Part shown: positions 15,323 through 26,200 of the stretch, piece after piece
How positions within the stretch are numbered: position 1 is the stretch's first letter
Layout of the letters: every line of letters starts with the position of its first letter
DNA from: a virus
DNA length: 64,000 nucleotides
Direction: 5' to 3' (one strand)
Virus record (IMG/VR): IMGVR_UViG_3300045988_115849
Notes under the pieces: generated by a model
What the model was told of the DNA's origin: nothing
Database searches by the model: none
The model's input: the letters and a program-made list of their open reading frames with translations, nothing else
Program-made: the position numbers and the translations under genes

Positions 15323-18300
15323 ATGCCAGATAGTACAATAGAAACACTCGATATACAAGTGAAAAGTTCGACTGCCAGAGCTGTTACAGCACTTGATAAT
15401 TTGGCAAACAAATTATATGACGTGAGCAAAGCATTTAAGTCCGTAGATACTGGAAGTATGAGAAACTATTCTCGTGAGATAGGCAGGGTTTCTTCGTCTT
15501 TAAAATCAATGAGTGGTATCAAAATCAATGTACCTAAATTATCTGGTCTTAGTAAACAGTTACAGTCATTAACAAATGTTAATTTTACCGCCTTAAATGC
15601 AAGTTCAAAACCATTAAAAGAATTGGCTTCTGGACTGAATGCTTTAAAAGGCGTTTCAGGTGTTACGATACCAAAGCTAGATTATAAAAATATCAATTCA
15701 GTTTCCAAAGCAATTGAAAAGATAGGAAAATTAGATACTGGAAATATTCAAAATTCTGTGAATGGAATATCAAAAGTATCTCATGCAATGTCAGTTTTAA
15801 ATAACGTTGATTTTAGCGACAGCAAAATATCTTCTGTTATTAACTCTATCAGAAAATTAATGGCAGTTGATACAAAAGGTTTTGATACGCAGATTTTTGA
15901 CAGTATTTATAAGTCTGTGTCTAAACTTGGAAATCTTCCGGATGTTTCATCAAGTATCAATAGACTTGTTGCATCATTAGCTAGATTAATCAGTTCTGGA
16001 AATAATACTGGTATAGTTGCAAGTAAGCTTCCGGCGGTAGGAAATGCAATAAAGCAAACTGCAAATAAATTAGCATCTGTTAAAGGTGTTGAAGAATCAA
16101 TAAATCAATTCATATCAGCGTTAGCGAGTCTATCTTCTGCCGGCAAAAAAGTAGAATTAAGTGCTAACGGACTACAAATAATGGCAAAAGAACTTTTGTC
16201 ATTTTTCAATACCATGTCTAAAGCACCGGCTGTTAGTAAGAATACAGTAGAAATGACAAAGGCGTTGGCACAATTAGCAGCATCAGGCGGTAGAGTTAGT
16301 AGTGCTGTCAATACAATGAATACTTCTTTCGGAAAATTAAAGAACGGATTTTCTGAATTAGCAAGCTTAGCATCCAGAGCTGGGTCTGCTGTAAGTAGTG
16401 GTATTGGTAAAATGGTAAATGCTATTCGAAATATTGGGTCAGCAAGTGGAAGTATTTCAACCGTAAATTTCAGCTTAAAAAATCTTATTCAAACAGCTAT
16501 TGGATTTAAGGCGGTACAAGCATTTGGACAATTTACAAAGGATGCAATAACGTTAGGATCGGATATAACAGAAGCAGAAAACGTAATTGATGTTTCTTTT
16601 GGTAAATTAAAATACAAAGCGTATGATTTTGCTTCAACAGCTTCAAAGCAGTTTGGAGTATCTGAGTTGGCAGCTAAAAGATACACAGGAACCATAATGG
16701 CAATGTTGAAGTCATCAGGTGTCGCCCAAAATGCAGCATCCGACATGTCAGTAGCATTAGCCGGATTAGCGGGTGATATTGCATCTTTTTATAATATAGA
16801 TACTGATACAGCATTTTATAAAATCAGGGCAGGTATTTCTGGTGAGATTGAACCATTAAAGCAATTAGGTATTAACATGTCTGTTGCAAATATGAGTGCT
16901 TATGCTTTGGCAAACGGAATTACAAAGTCGTGGACTTCTATGACTCAGGCAGAACAGGCTACATTGAGATATAACTATTTAATGTCTGTAACAAAAGATG
17001 CACAGGGCGATTTTGCTCGTACTGCCGGTACTTGGGCAAACCAAGTACGTTTATTAAAATTAAACATTCAGTCATTATCAGCTGTTATGGGTCAAGGAAT
17101 TATTGCAGCTGTACTTCCGGCAATTAAAGCATTAAACGCTTTAATGAGCAGGCTTATGCAAGCAGCTAATATGTTCAGAAACTTTATGTATGTTCTGATG
17201 GGAAAAAAGATAAAAGGAGCAACAAAAGGTGTTGTAAATGATCTTGGTGGAGTTGGCGATTCTGCTACTGATCTTTCAGGACTTGGAAGTGCCGGAAACG
17301 ATGCATCTAAAGGGATGAACAAAGCATCTAAGGCAGCGAAAGAATTAAAGAAGACCTTATCCGTTCTGCCGTTTGATGAATTGAATCAGTTGAATGACAA
17401 TAAGCAATCAAGCGATACTGGATCTGGAGGAGGTGCAGGTGGTTCTGGAAGTGGCGGTGGAGTCGGCGGTGGAATTGGCGGACTCGGTGATTTGAGTGGT
17501 CTTGAAGATGAAGATTATGAAACACCAATTAGTCATTGGGCTTCAAGAATCAGAAAAGCATTTCTTGATAATAATTGGTATGGTGTTGGCCGTGAGATCG
17601 CAAATATGTTAAATGCCGGTCTGCAATTAGCCTATGATGCACTTGATTGGAAGAATGTTGGCCCTAAAATCACATCATTTACAACAAAATTTACTCAGGC
17701 AATCAATGGATTCCTTGATAATTTCGATTTTAAGTTATTAGGTAAAGTAGTTGGTGCAGGGATTACGGATGTAGTGAGAGCATTTAATCAAATTGCATCT
17801 CCTGATGGTGGTATAAACTTCAAAACTCTAGGTACTGGCATTGCAGAAAGTTTAAAAGGAATGATTCAGGAAATTCCATGGACAGAGTTAGGAAATGCAC
17901 TCGGAAACTATTTTATGATCTCATGGAGAATCTTAAACGGATTCTTGAATCAATTAGCAGCAACAGATAATACAGGCTTAACAGGATTTCAGCAAATCGG
18001 CGTTGCTCTTGGAAAAGCTGTAAATGGTATGTTCCAATCCATCGACTTCGCAACTATCGCAGATACATTTGCAGTAGGAATCAATGGAGTTTTTTCTATA
18101 CTTGGAAAAATCAATGAAACTGTACATTGGTCTGATATTGCAGCAAATATTTCTCACGGGATTAATACTTTTATCACCGGAGTTAACTGGGAAGAAAATG
18201 GACAAATATTAAGCACTTTTGTAAAAAATCTTCTTGGAGTATTTTCACAGGTAGCGCAAAATACAGACTGGGCAGGACTTGGAAAAGGCATTGGAACATT

Positions 18301-19936
18301 CCTAAGTAGTATTGATTGGAGTGGAATATTCGGAGAAGTATTTACAACAATCAAAACAATATTAGGTGGACTTATCTCAGGATTAGGAACCACAATCGAA
18401 GGAAAGTTTATTATAGCTTTTGGTGCTATTAAACTTGTTACAGCAGTGGATAAAATTGTAAGCCCTATACTTTCGGCGTTTGGTTTAATACCTAAAGAAG
18501 TAGATGGATCGTCTTCTTTATTAATCATAGCATTAAAGAAAATGGCAGGAGCTTTTTCAAAATCTACATTAGGTACTGCGATTGGAACGTATGTTTTGGA
18601 TGCGATTAGCCTTTTAAAAGGCATTCCGGGGAAGATTACAACAGATGTTGCACCGAAGATCGCGGAAGTTATTTCAACAAAATTATTTCCAAAAGCGGTT
18701 TCATTTGCAGGTGGAATTGTATCATGGGTAACAGGTACGTTTGCACCAGCTGTATCAGCTGCATTTAGCAGTGTTCTTGGCGTGCTGTTCTCACCGATTG
18801 GATTAGCTATAGTTGGAGTAATCGTTGGTGGATTTTTAATATACAAAAACTGGGGTGCAATATCTAAGTTTATCGGAAACGTAAAAGAGAATATTGTGAA
18901 TGGATTTAACAGCGCCGGAGAATGGTTAAAGGAAAAAGGGAAAAACCTTATTGAAGGCTTGCGCAATGGATGGGAAAGTGCAAAATCTGGTTTCGGAACA
19001 GCTGTTAGCACAATCGGCAAATTTATTAAAGAGAAAGTTGGAAACGCCGGTGAATGGTTGAAAGAAAAAGGGCAGGATGCAGTCGAAGGTATCCGTAGTG
19101 GATGGGAGTCTGTAAAAGAAAGCAAAGTCGGTCAGGCAGCCGCAGGTATCGGAAATTACATCAAAGGTAAAGTCACTGGTGCTGAGAATTGGTTGGTTGA
19201 AAAAGGTAAGCAAGCTGTCAATGGGATGAAAAACGGTTGGGAGAACGTGAAGAACGGAAACTTCCAATCAACCGTAAAAGGATTAAAGAGTTTTACGGTA
19301 AATACATTAGCAAACACATCTCCGGCAGCATGGTTGGTTGCCAAAGGAGCAGAAGCTATGAAAGGTATGCTTTCTGGATTAAAAGGAGATAAATGGACAG
19401 ATGCTAGAAACTGGTTGAAAAAGTTACCGAGCAATGTAAAAAATGCCGTTGGAGATATGTATAAAGTTGGGCAAAATATCATTAAGCAGTTTATTAATGG
19501 TTTTAAATCTTTACGTATTCCAACACCTCATATTTCTTGGGGAACAAAAGACTTTAATTTTGGTGGAATGAGCTTAAGCATACCAACTAAATTTAAAGTA
19601 GATTGGTATAAAAAAGGTGGATTATTTGATTCTGCATCCGTGATCGGTGTCGGTGAAGCCGGATCAGAAGCTGTATTACCACTTGAAAATCCAAAAACTA
19701 TGAAGATGATCGCAGATAGTATCGTTGGTAATTCCGGCGGTATGGTTGATGAAAGTATCATTGCTGATGCTGTAGAACGTGGAGTAGTTGTTGCTATGAT
19801 GAACAATAGCGGAAATCAACCAGATATAAACTTATACGCAACATTATATACAGAAGATAACGAAGTTCTTGCAAGGTCTGTTGCAAAAGGACAAGCAAGA
19901 AATAATTACAGATTAAAACCATCAAGTGCATATTGA
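15323..19936 (+). CDS. Tape measure protein
   Basis: 1537 aa, helical and repetitive, with a Gly-rich tract and C-terminal approx 40-aa repeats (AGEWLKEKG..AVEG.R.GWE). Confidence 0.9.
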   Translation: MPDSTIETLDIQVKSSTARAVTALDNLANKLYDVSKAFKSVDTGSMRNYSREIGRVSSSLKSMSGIKINVPKLSGLSKQLQSLTNVNFTALNASSKPLKELASGLNALKGVSGVTIPKLDYKNINSVSKAIEKIGKLDTGNIQNSVNGISKVSHAMSVLNNVDFSDSKISSVINSIRKLMAVDTKGFDTQIFDSIYKSVSKLGNLPDVSSSINRLVASLARLISSGNNTGIVASKLPAVGNAIKQTANKLASVKGVEESINQFISALASLSSAGKKVELSANGLQIMAKELLSFFNTMSKAPAVSKNTVEMTKALAQLAASGGRVSSAVNTMNTSFGKLKNGFSELASLASRAGSAVSSGIGKMVNAIRNIGSASGSISTVNFSLKNLIQTAIGFKAVQAFGQFTKDAITLGSDITEAENVIDVSFGKLKYKAYDFASTASKQFGVSELAAKRYTGTIMAMLKSSGVAQNAASDMSVALAGLAGDIASFYNIDTDTAFYKIRAGISGEIEPLKQLGINMSVANMSAYALANGITKSWTSMTQAEQATLRYNYLMSVTKDAQGDFARTAGTWANQVRLLKLNIQSLSAVMGQGIIAAVLPAIKALNALMSRLMQAANMFRNFMYVLMGKKIKGATKGVVNDLGGVGDSATDLSGLGSAGNDASKGMNKASKAAKELKKTLSVLPFDELNQLNDNKQSSDTGSGGGAGGSGSGGGVGGGIGGLGDLSGLEDEDYETPISHWASRIRKAFLDNNWYGVGREIANMLNAGLQLAYDALDWKNVGPKITSFTTKFTQAINGFLDNFDFKLLGKVVGAGITDVVRAFNQIASPDGGINFKTLGTGIAESLKGMIQEIPWTELGNALGNYFMISWRILNGFLNQLAATDNTGLTGFQQIGVALGKAVNGMFQSIDFATIADTFAVGINGVFSILGKINETVHWSDIAANISHGINTFITGVNWEENGQILSTFVKNLLGVFSQVAQNTDWAGLGKGIGTFLSSIDWSGIFGEVFTTIKTILGGLISGLGTTIEGKFIIAFGAIKLVTAVDKIVSPILSAFGLIPKEVDGSSSLLIIALKKMAGAFSKSTLGTAIGTYVLDAISLLKGIPGKITTDVAPKIAEVISTKLFPKAVSFAGGIVSWVTGTFAPAVSAAFSSVLGVLFSPIGLAIVGVIVGGFLIYKNWGAISKFIGNVKENIVNGFNSAGEWLKEKGKNLIEGLRNGWESAKSGFGTAVSTIGKFIKEKVGNAGEWLKEKGQDAVEGIRSGWESVKESKVGQAAAGIGNYIKGKVTGAENWLVEKGKQAVNGMKNGWENVKNGNFQSTVKGLKSFTVNTLANTSPAAWLVAKGAEAMKGMLSGLKGDKWTDARNWLKKLPSNVKNAVGDMYKVGQNIIKQFINGFKSLRIPTPHISWGTKDFNFGGMSLSIPTKFKVDWYKKGGLFDSASVIGVGEAGSEAVLPLENPKTMKMIADSIVGNSGGMVDESIIADAVERGVVVAMMNNSGNQPDINLYATLYTEDNEVLARSVAKGQARNNYRLKPSSAY

Positions 19937-19975
19937 TTTGTGTAAAACTTTATGCTATGATGAATTTAAGTTAAG

Positions 19976-20035
19976 AGACATACACAGGATGCAAAGGTCA
20001 TGAAGACCACACAATCCTGTGTATGTCTTTTTTTA
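19976..20035 (+). terminator. Strong intrinsic terminator after the tape-measure gene
   Basis: 15-bp stem AGACATACACAGGAT/ATCCTGTGTATGTCT with an inner GGTC/GACC stem, then TTTTTTT. Confidence 0.85.
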
Positions 20036-20046
20036 TTTTAATAATT

Positions 20047-20118
20047 ACAGCAAACTAGCCATCGTGTGCCGGCGAAAAGAACGTCTTTCCTCGTGTACGT
20101 TCCGTTTGCTGTTTTTAT
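20047..20118 (+). terminator. Second terminator-like long-range hairpin
   Basis: ACAGCAAAC/GTTTGCTGT closes a 48-nt loop and is followed by TTTTTAT. Confidence 0.4.
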
Positions 20119-20171
20119 ATTTTAACATGAGGGTGCACACGTTAATGTTCAAATAACCACGAGGTGATAAT

Positions 20172-21200
20172 ATGAGTAAGAAATTAGATTTATTTTTCAA
20201 AAGTAACGTATTAGTAATCAATCCTGATCTTGCAAAAATGATTGGCTTAAATGAAGCAATCGTTCTGAATCAAATCTATTATTGGATTTCCGTAAATAAA
20301 AAACAGAACAGAAATTTCCACGATGGTAAATATTGGTGCTATAACTCTATCAGAGAGTGGCAGGAAGAAAATTTTCCGTTTTGGTCACATAAGACCGTTG
20401 AGCGTATTTTTTATAGTTTACGCAACAAGGGTCTTGTTTTAGTGGGAAATTATAACAATCGTCGTAATGGTTCTACATCTACAAAGTGGTATACAGTAAA
20501 CGATGAGGTTTTAGAAGAAATCATTGATCAGATTTTAGACGAACCAGAATCAGACCATACAGTTAGACAGAATAACTTTGAAAGCGACAACTTGACCGAA
20601 GCATTACCAGAGACTAACACAGATATTAACAATGCTTTATCTAACGATAAAGATTATGCTTTTTTATCAACAGAAGATAAAGATAATAATGATGTGTGTA
20701 GAGATAAAAAAGACTTCATGCCTATTTCTGGGAGAAATAAGGTCAAAATCATAAAGAGAAAGGGAAATAAAACTACTCTTAGTCAGACAATTGAAGATAA
20801 AATCCATTTAGGTTTTAGAGTCAATCAAGAGTTTGACGATGATTTGTATAACAATTCAAAAGATGAATGTGTAATCGGAGATATTGTTAAATACTTTTTC
20901 AAAAAATATCAGTTGGAGAAAGGAACAGACCATCCAATGATCTCTGACGAAAAATGCGTAGAGTTGGTTGAGAAGTTTTATTTTGTTCCTGAGAATATGC
21001 AAGACACAGAACTGGATTTTGATTTATACAAACTTATGATTGATAAATACTTTGCAACAGAATATGGCAAAAATAGCGGATTCACAATTAATTACCAGAT
21101 CATGCACTTTATGAATTATAAAATCCGTGAAAATCTATTCTACAAAGTTCAGGATGAATACTATGACAATGTTAAGAGTGATTATCCTGTTGAGATATAG
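20172..21200 (+). CDS. Winged-helix (DnaD / RepA_N / replisome-organiser-N-like) protein with unknown C-terminal domain
   Basis: 342 aa. N-terminal LAKMIGLNEAIVLNQIYYW...KTVERIFYSLRNKGLV...KWYTV resembles a winged-helix domain. This is followed by an acidic linker. RBS GAGGTGA upstream. Confidence 0.5.
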   Translation: MSKKLDLFFKSNVLVINPDLAKMIGLNEAIVLNQIYYWISVNKKQNRNFHDGKYWCYNSIREWQEENFPFWSHKTVERIFYSLRNKGLVLVGNYNNRRNGSTSTKWYTVNDEVLEEIIDQILDEPESDHTVRQNNFESDNLTEALPETNTDINNALSNDKDYAFLSTEDKDNNDVCRDKKDFMPISGRNKVKIIKRKGNKTTLSQTIEDKIHLGFRVNQEFDDDLYNNSKDECVIGDIVKYFFKKYQLEKGTDHPMISDEKCVELVEKFYFVPENMQDTELDFDLYKLMIDKYFATEYGKNSGFTINYQIMHFMNYKIRENLFYKVQDEYYDNVKSDYPVEI

Positions 21201-21227
21201 AATCATCAAAGAAAAGGAGAAGAAAAG

Positions 21228-21782
21228 ATGAAAAATACAACATGGAAAATACCATTGATTGTTCTAGCTGCGATTGTAGCAATAGCGTTAGTTGGCATAT
21301 TTATGATTCACATACCACAGAATCATGCAAATTCGATGGAAGAACAGATAATGGAATCAAAGGCGGCAATTAACGTTCAGGAAAAGAGAAGACAGGATTT
21401 AGTGTATAATCTGGCAGACAGTGTGAAATCTTACAACAAACATGAAGCCGAAACACTGAAAAATATTGTTAAAGAGAGAAGTTCAAATACCGGGAAAATT
21501 GAAAGTACAGGTACAGCGATTGCAGCAATAAAAGAATCTTATCCAGAATTAAAAGCTGACAAGAATTATCAACGGCTTATGAAAGAATTAGCAGTTACAG
21601 AGAATAAGATTTCTGACGTAAGAGACAATTACAATCAGCAGATCAAAGAATACAACAGATATGTCGTGAACTTTCCAGTGAACTTTTTCTTGAAACTGTT
21701 AGGATACAAACAGAAAACATATCAATATTTAAAATTTGAGGATGCAACAGAGACAGCACCGCAGAATTTATTTAGTGAGTAG
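21228..21782 (+). CDS. lemA: LemA family membrane protein
   Basis: N-terminal TM, then VQEKRRQDLVYNL...ESYPELKADKNYQRLMKEL..TENKIS..R..YN...KEYN, which are typical LemA motifs. Confidence 0.85.
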   Translation: MKNTTWKIPLIVLAAIVAIALVGIFMIHIPQNHANSMEEQIMESKAAINVQEKRRQDLVYNLADSVKSYNKHEAETLKNIVKERSSNTGKIESTGTAIAAIKESYPELKADKNYQRLMKELAVTENKISDVRDNYNQQIKEYNRYVVNFPVNFFLKLLGYKQKTYQYLKFEDATETAPQNLFSE

Positions 21783-21785
21783 CCT

Positions 21786-22538
21786 ATGAGAAAATTCAAA
21801 GGATTTCAGTTTGATACTTTTGAAATAACTCCACGAGAGATTATAGCAAGCGTTGTTATTGTTGGATTAATGTTTCTGATTGGCTTTACTATCAGTGGGA
21901 AAATTGATAATTACATCATGGATCAGAACGAAGAATATAATCGTGCTGCAAAAATTGAAAGCAATGATCTTTTTCAGTATGGGATGGAAACAGACTTGGG
22001 CAATGCATTTGTTTATGGGAAGATAGAGCCGGTTGATACAGTTACATACAAAGAAATTGGTGGTAAGTATTATTATATCAGGAAGATCAGAGAAGAATAT
22101 CGCAGACATGAAAAAACCGAAAGAGTTAAAGACAGCAAAGGAAAAGTTCATTACAAAAAGAAAGTCTGGTATTCATGGGATGATGTATGGAGAGAAAGTA
22201 GGACTTGTAAAAAGATTAAATTTGCAGGCAAGAAATTCAAGGAAGATAAGATTAACTTCATGGGAGGTCATTATCTAAAAAGAATTTATCATACTTCTCG
22301 TGTCAGGTATGAATACTATGGTATGGAAGCAAAGCCCGTTAAGGGAACTGTTTACACAAAGCTAAAAAATAATACTATGACAAGCTGTGATTTGAATAAG
22401 TCAAATCTAAAAGACACAGTTGAATCATACAAAACAAGTGGTGGAGTTTGTAAAATTCTGTTTTGGGTATTCTGGATCACTGGGACAGGGTTAGCGGTGT
22501 TCGGATTTTATTATTTGGATAATCATTGGTTAGAGTAG
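21786..22538 (+). CDS. Two-TM membrane protein (LemA partner; GIDE-like architecture, tentative)
   Basis: 250 aa. N-terminal TM (IIASVVIVGLMFLIGFTISG) and C-terminal TM (ILFWVFWITGTGLAVFGFYYL) flank a Lys-rich domain. Confidence 0.5.
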   Translation: MRKFKGFQFDTFEITPREIIASVVIVGLMFLIGFTISGKIDNYIMDQNEEYNRAAKIESNDLFQYGMETDLGNAFVYGKIEPVDTVTYKEIGGKYYYIRKIREEYRRHEKTERVKDSKGKVHYKKKVWYSWDDVWRESRTCKKIKFAGKKFKEDKINFMGGHYLKRIYHTSRVRYEYYGMEAKPVKGTVYTKLKNNTMTSCDLNKSNLKDTVESYKTSGGVCKILFWVFWITGTGLAVFGFYYLDNHWLE

Positions 22539-22549
22539 GAGGATATGAT

Positions 22550-22765
22550 ATGATCAAAAAAATTAGAAAAAATAAATTAGCTGTATCAATTATTGCAGTA
22601 ATCTTGGGAATGATCATAGTTTTTGCGGTCAATTTTGGAATTGTCAATTTTGTTTTGTGGTTGCTACAGTTTATTGTTGCAAAGCCTTTGGTTGTGACAT
22701 TAAAAGGAAAAGCAGCAGCTACTGTATTGTTAACACTTGTTGTACATATTTTTAGCCGCAAATAA
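22550..22765 (+). CDS. Small two-TM membrane protein
   Basis: 71 aa. I chose ATG 22550, which lies 7 nt after GGAGG. Confidence 0.5.
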   Translation: MIKKIRKNKLAVSIIAVILGMIIVFAVNFGIVNFVLWLLQFIVAKPLVVTLKGKAAATVLLTLVVHIFSRK

Positions 22766-22789
22766 GACCACATGATACACAATAAGACC
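22763..22789 (+). promoter_or_regulatory. 27-nt box TAAGACCACATGATACACAATAAGACC (copy 2)
   Basis: 24 of 27 positions identical to 6461-6487. The first TAA is again a stop codon. TAAAAT lies 18 nt downstream (22808-22813) and TATAAT is at 22801-22806. Confidence 0.5.
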
Positions 22790-22819
22790 AAAGAGTATTG
22801 TATAATATAAAATTATAAA

Positions 22820-22847
22820 ACGTCTATCGAGAACGATAGGCGTTTTT
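22820..22847 (+). terminator. Intrinsic terminator after 27-nt box copy 2
   Basis: 10-bp stem ACGTCTATCG/CGATAGGCGT (1 G.U pair), loop AGAA, then a T-run. Confidence 0.7.
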
Positions 22848-22855
22848 GCAGTTTA

Positions 22856-22908
22856 TACGGTCAATAAAAGCGAAAATTGATCGCTAACCTTAAATAGTTG
22901 GAGGTGGA
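22856..22908 (+). promoter_or_regulatory. Structural-gene leader, copy 4 (Dit-like gene; variant)
   Basis: TAC, then P1 (GGTCAAT/ATTGATC), then GCTAACCTTAAATAGTTGGAGGTGGA, 6 nt before ATG 22915. Confidence 0.55.
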
Positions 22909-22914
22909 TTTTTT

Positions 22915-23277
22915 ATGGCAGAACACATGATAGAAGTTAATGGTAAAGTAATGCCATGTCCAGCTTCTTATGAATGGTCATTGCAAGATGTATCAGCATC
23001 GGATTCAGGAAGAACAGATGATGCATTGATGCATAAAAATAGAAAAGCACAGAAAAGAAAGTTGGCATTGAAATGGAATGCTAAAACACCAGATGTTACT
23101 TCTGAAATATTGAAAGCCTTTAATCCAGAATATGTAAAAGTAAGATATTGGGACATGATGGCAAATAAATATCAGACAAGAACATTTTACACAGGGGACA
23201 GAAAAGCACCTGTGAAATGGTGGATAAAAAATAAAAAAATTATAGAGAGTGTTTCTTTTGACATAATAGAGAGGTAA
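22915..23277 (+). CDS. Small tail component (possible minimal distal tail protein)
   Basis: 120-aa ORF immediately upstream of Tal. Assigned from position only. Confidence 0.35.
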   Translation: MAEHMIEVNGKVMPCPASYEWSLQDVSASDSGRTDDALMHKNRKAQKRKLALKWNAKTPDVTSEILKAFNPEYVKVRYWDMMANKYQTRTFYTGDRKAPVKWWIKNKKIIESVSFDIIER

Positions 23278-23280
23278 ATT

Positions 23281-26200
23281 ATGATCAACGTATCAAGTGA
23301 ATTTAGAGATAAATTAAATAACGGAAATTGTAATTATCTTAGTTACGCAGATATTACGTTGAAAGACGGGACAACTCTAAATTTGACCAATGATGATATA
23401 TGGAATGGCGGAGTTACGATTGAAGATGCAGTTTCAAGTGGAACTTTTGAAGTTGGATCAGTTGTTATCAATCAATGTACGATTGTGATAAATAATATCT
23501 ATGATAAGTTTACAAAATATGACTTTAAAGAAGCTGTAGTGAGGGCGCAGTTAGGCACTGATTTGAACGAAACGGAATTTGATATAGATGCAGACGATGA
23601 AACGGAATCTTCGTATACACCACGAATTGAGAAAATAAAAAAAGGCGTATATACAGTAGATGATACAAAATATAATGGATCAATTATAACACTTACATGC
23701 ATAGATAATATGGGTAAGTTTGACAGGGCATATTCTGAAAGTAAGTTGGAGTATCCGGCAACATTAAAGACGATCGTTATGGATGCATGTGATATATGCG
23801 GAGTGACATTAAATACACCAGATTTTTCACATGGTGACTATATTATCAATACAAGACCGACTGATGCTGCGGTAACATTTCGTGAAGTGATTGCTTGGTG
23901 CGGTCAAATCTCAGGAAATTACTGTAGGTGCAATGTCAATGGGCAGTTGGAATTAAAATGGTTCAATCAGAGTCTTTTAGAAAAAACACTTATAAATTTG
24001 ATTCCTGACAGTTTGTTTGATGGTGGTATAACAAGTTGGAAAGCTGTAGATGCAAAAATAGGAACGGACACAATTGAATATAAAGAAATGCTTTCAATCA
24101 TCCCAAATGCAGGAAAAACAGGCTATGCAGTAGAAGCAGTTCCGAATCTTAAGTTGGCTACTAATTATACAATTGGTGGTCAATTTTTTATGCAGTATCC
24201 AGAAGATAACGATGTAGCAATCTTGAAGATTTTAAATGGAACAAAAGAAATTGCAAGCAAAGAAATAGAATTAAATGACGGTTGGACTGGGTTCAAATTT
24301 GATTTTGTTTCAACATCACAGAATGTTTCTATCAACATTGGATTCAAAGGGGACAACACATTATATGTGTATAAACCTTATTTAGAAGAAAAAATACCAG
24401 ATGAAATCTACCAATTTAATGGAGTATATAACTCTGATGTAGCTACAGATGATGTAGTCATTACTGGCGTAAGAGTGATGGAAAAGAAAGATACTGAAAA
24501 TAGCAGTGATGATTCTGATACTTCTGAGGGATCAGAAAACACGGCTTCTAGTGATGATGGATATATAAATTATCAGACTGGATCAGATGGATACCTTATT
24601 TCTATTGAAAATAATGAACTGATTAAAGATGGTGCCGGTCAAACGGTATCTGGATTTTTGGGAGAACAGTTAATAGGATTTGCATTTCGGAAAGCTACGA
24701 TCACACATATTAGTGATCCGACACTAGAAGCCGGAGATGTTGCAATTCTTACTGATTCAAAATTCGATCGTTACAAAATATTAGTATCATCAACAAAATT
24801 TAATACAAATAATTCTCAGACAACAAGTTCTAATGCTGAGAGTACAGAAAAAAATAGTGCTGTAAGATATTCCGCAGCGACCAAAAATTATGTGGAATAC
24901 AGGAAGCAGATTGTACAAGAAAAAACAGACAGGCAAAAAGCATTAGATGAATTGAAAAACAGATTGAATAATTCTTCCGGAATTTATACAACAATCGAAA
25001 AAGATTCGGCAGGCGGACAGATTTTTTATCTGCACAATAAACCACAGCTAAAAGATTCCAATATGATCTGGAAAATGACAGCGGAAGCATGGGGCGTTTC
25101 TACAGATGGTGGGAAAACATACAATGCAGGAATGACGGTTGATGGAGATACAATTGTTAGATATTTAAAGGCTACAGGTCTTACAGCGGATGTGATCACG
25201 TCTGGAAGAATACAAGTAAAAGATTCTTTTGGAAATACGATTTTTTTGGTTGATATGGATACCGGCAAGGTTGTTATCAGTGGAGACAACATTTCTATTG
25301 GCGGAAAGATATTAACCGAAGAAATTGAGGATATAAAAAAGGCAGGAAATCTAATCCTTAAGATGGATAACGAATACCAAGGTGTTAGTGTAGATCACGA
25401 GGGAAATTATGTGAAATTTCCAAAAGTGACGTTTACAGTACAGACGTTTTGGGGGCAGACAGATGTAACAAAAGATACTATCTTTTCATTTGCAAAATCT
25501 GACGGCGTAAACGGTACGTTTGACTCAAAGCAAAATATTTATACCGTCACATCACTTGCAACAGACACTGGATGGATAGACGTTACAGCAAAGTATGTTA
25601 CATACACCGCAAAGAAACGATTTAATATTGCTAAAGTTCGCGATGGTAGTCCGGGGAGAGTATATCTGTTGGAAACATCATCTTCTATATTGAAAAAATC
25701 ACAGAATGGAGATGTAATACCGGACGAAATCACATTCAAAGCGTCATATCGTGACGGTACAGAGTCAGCGAAAACAGAATATCAAGGAATCTTTGTGATA
25801 GAAGAGTCGAAAGATGGCAAGATATGGACCAAAACGTATGAAAGTTCGGAGAATGAAAGCACAATTACATTTCCGTTTTATAACTGTTTAGAAGTGACAA
25901 CAGGGAATTATTTAAAAACAAATGCAGGGAGCATGATAGTTGTCAGTAAGAGGAACATGAAAGACATCATCTATGTACGATGCAGACTTTACACACCAGA
26001 CAAAAAGATAATACTTGACGAAGAATCAATACCGTTGGTTATGGATGTAGAAGCATTGACTCATGAACAGATATTTAATCTGTTGACAAACGATGGAGCA
26101 ATTAAAGGTATCTACAAAGAGGGAGACCAGTTGTATATATCCTTTACATACGCAAAAGGTGGAGAACTTGCACTTGGTGGAAAGAATAACGGCAATGGTG

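Noticed and set aside
18154-19125. 323-aa - strand ORF, and several other 60-110-aa - strand ORFs, inside the tape-measure gene
   Set aside because: They lie entirely antisense to a well-supported 1537-aa gene. Their sequences are low-complexity mirrors of its repeats, with no RBS and no independent family signal.
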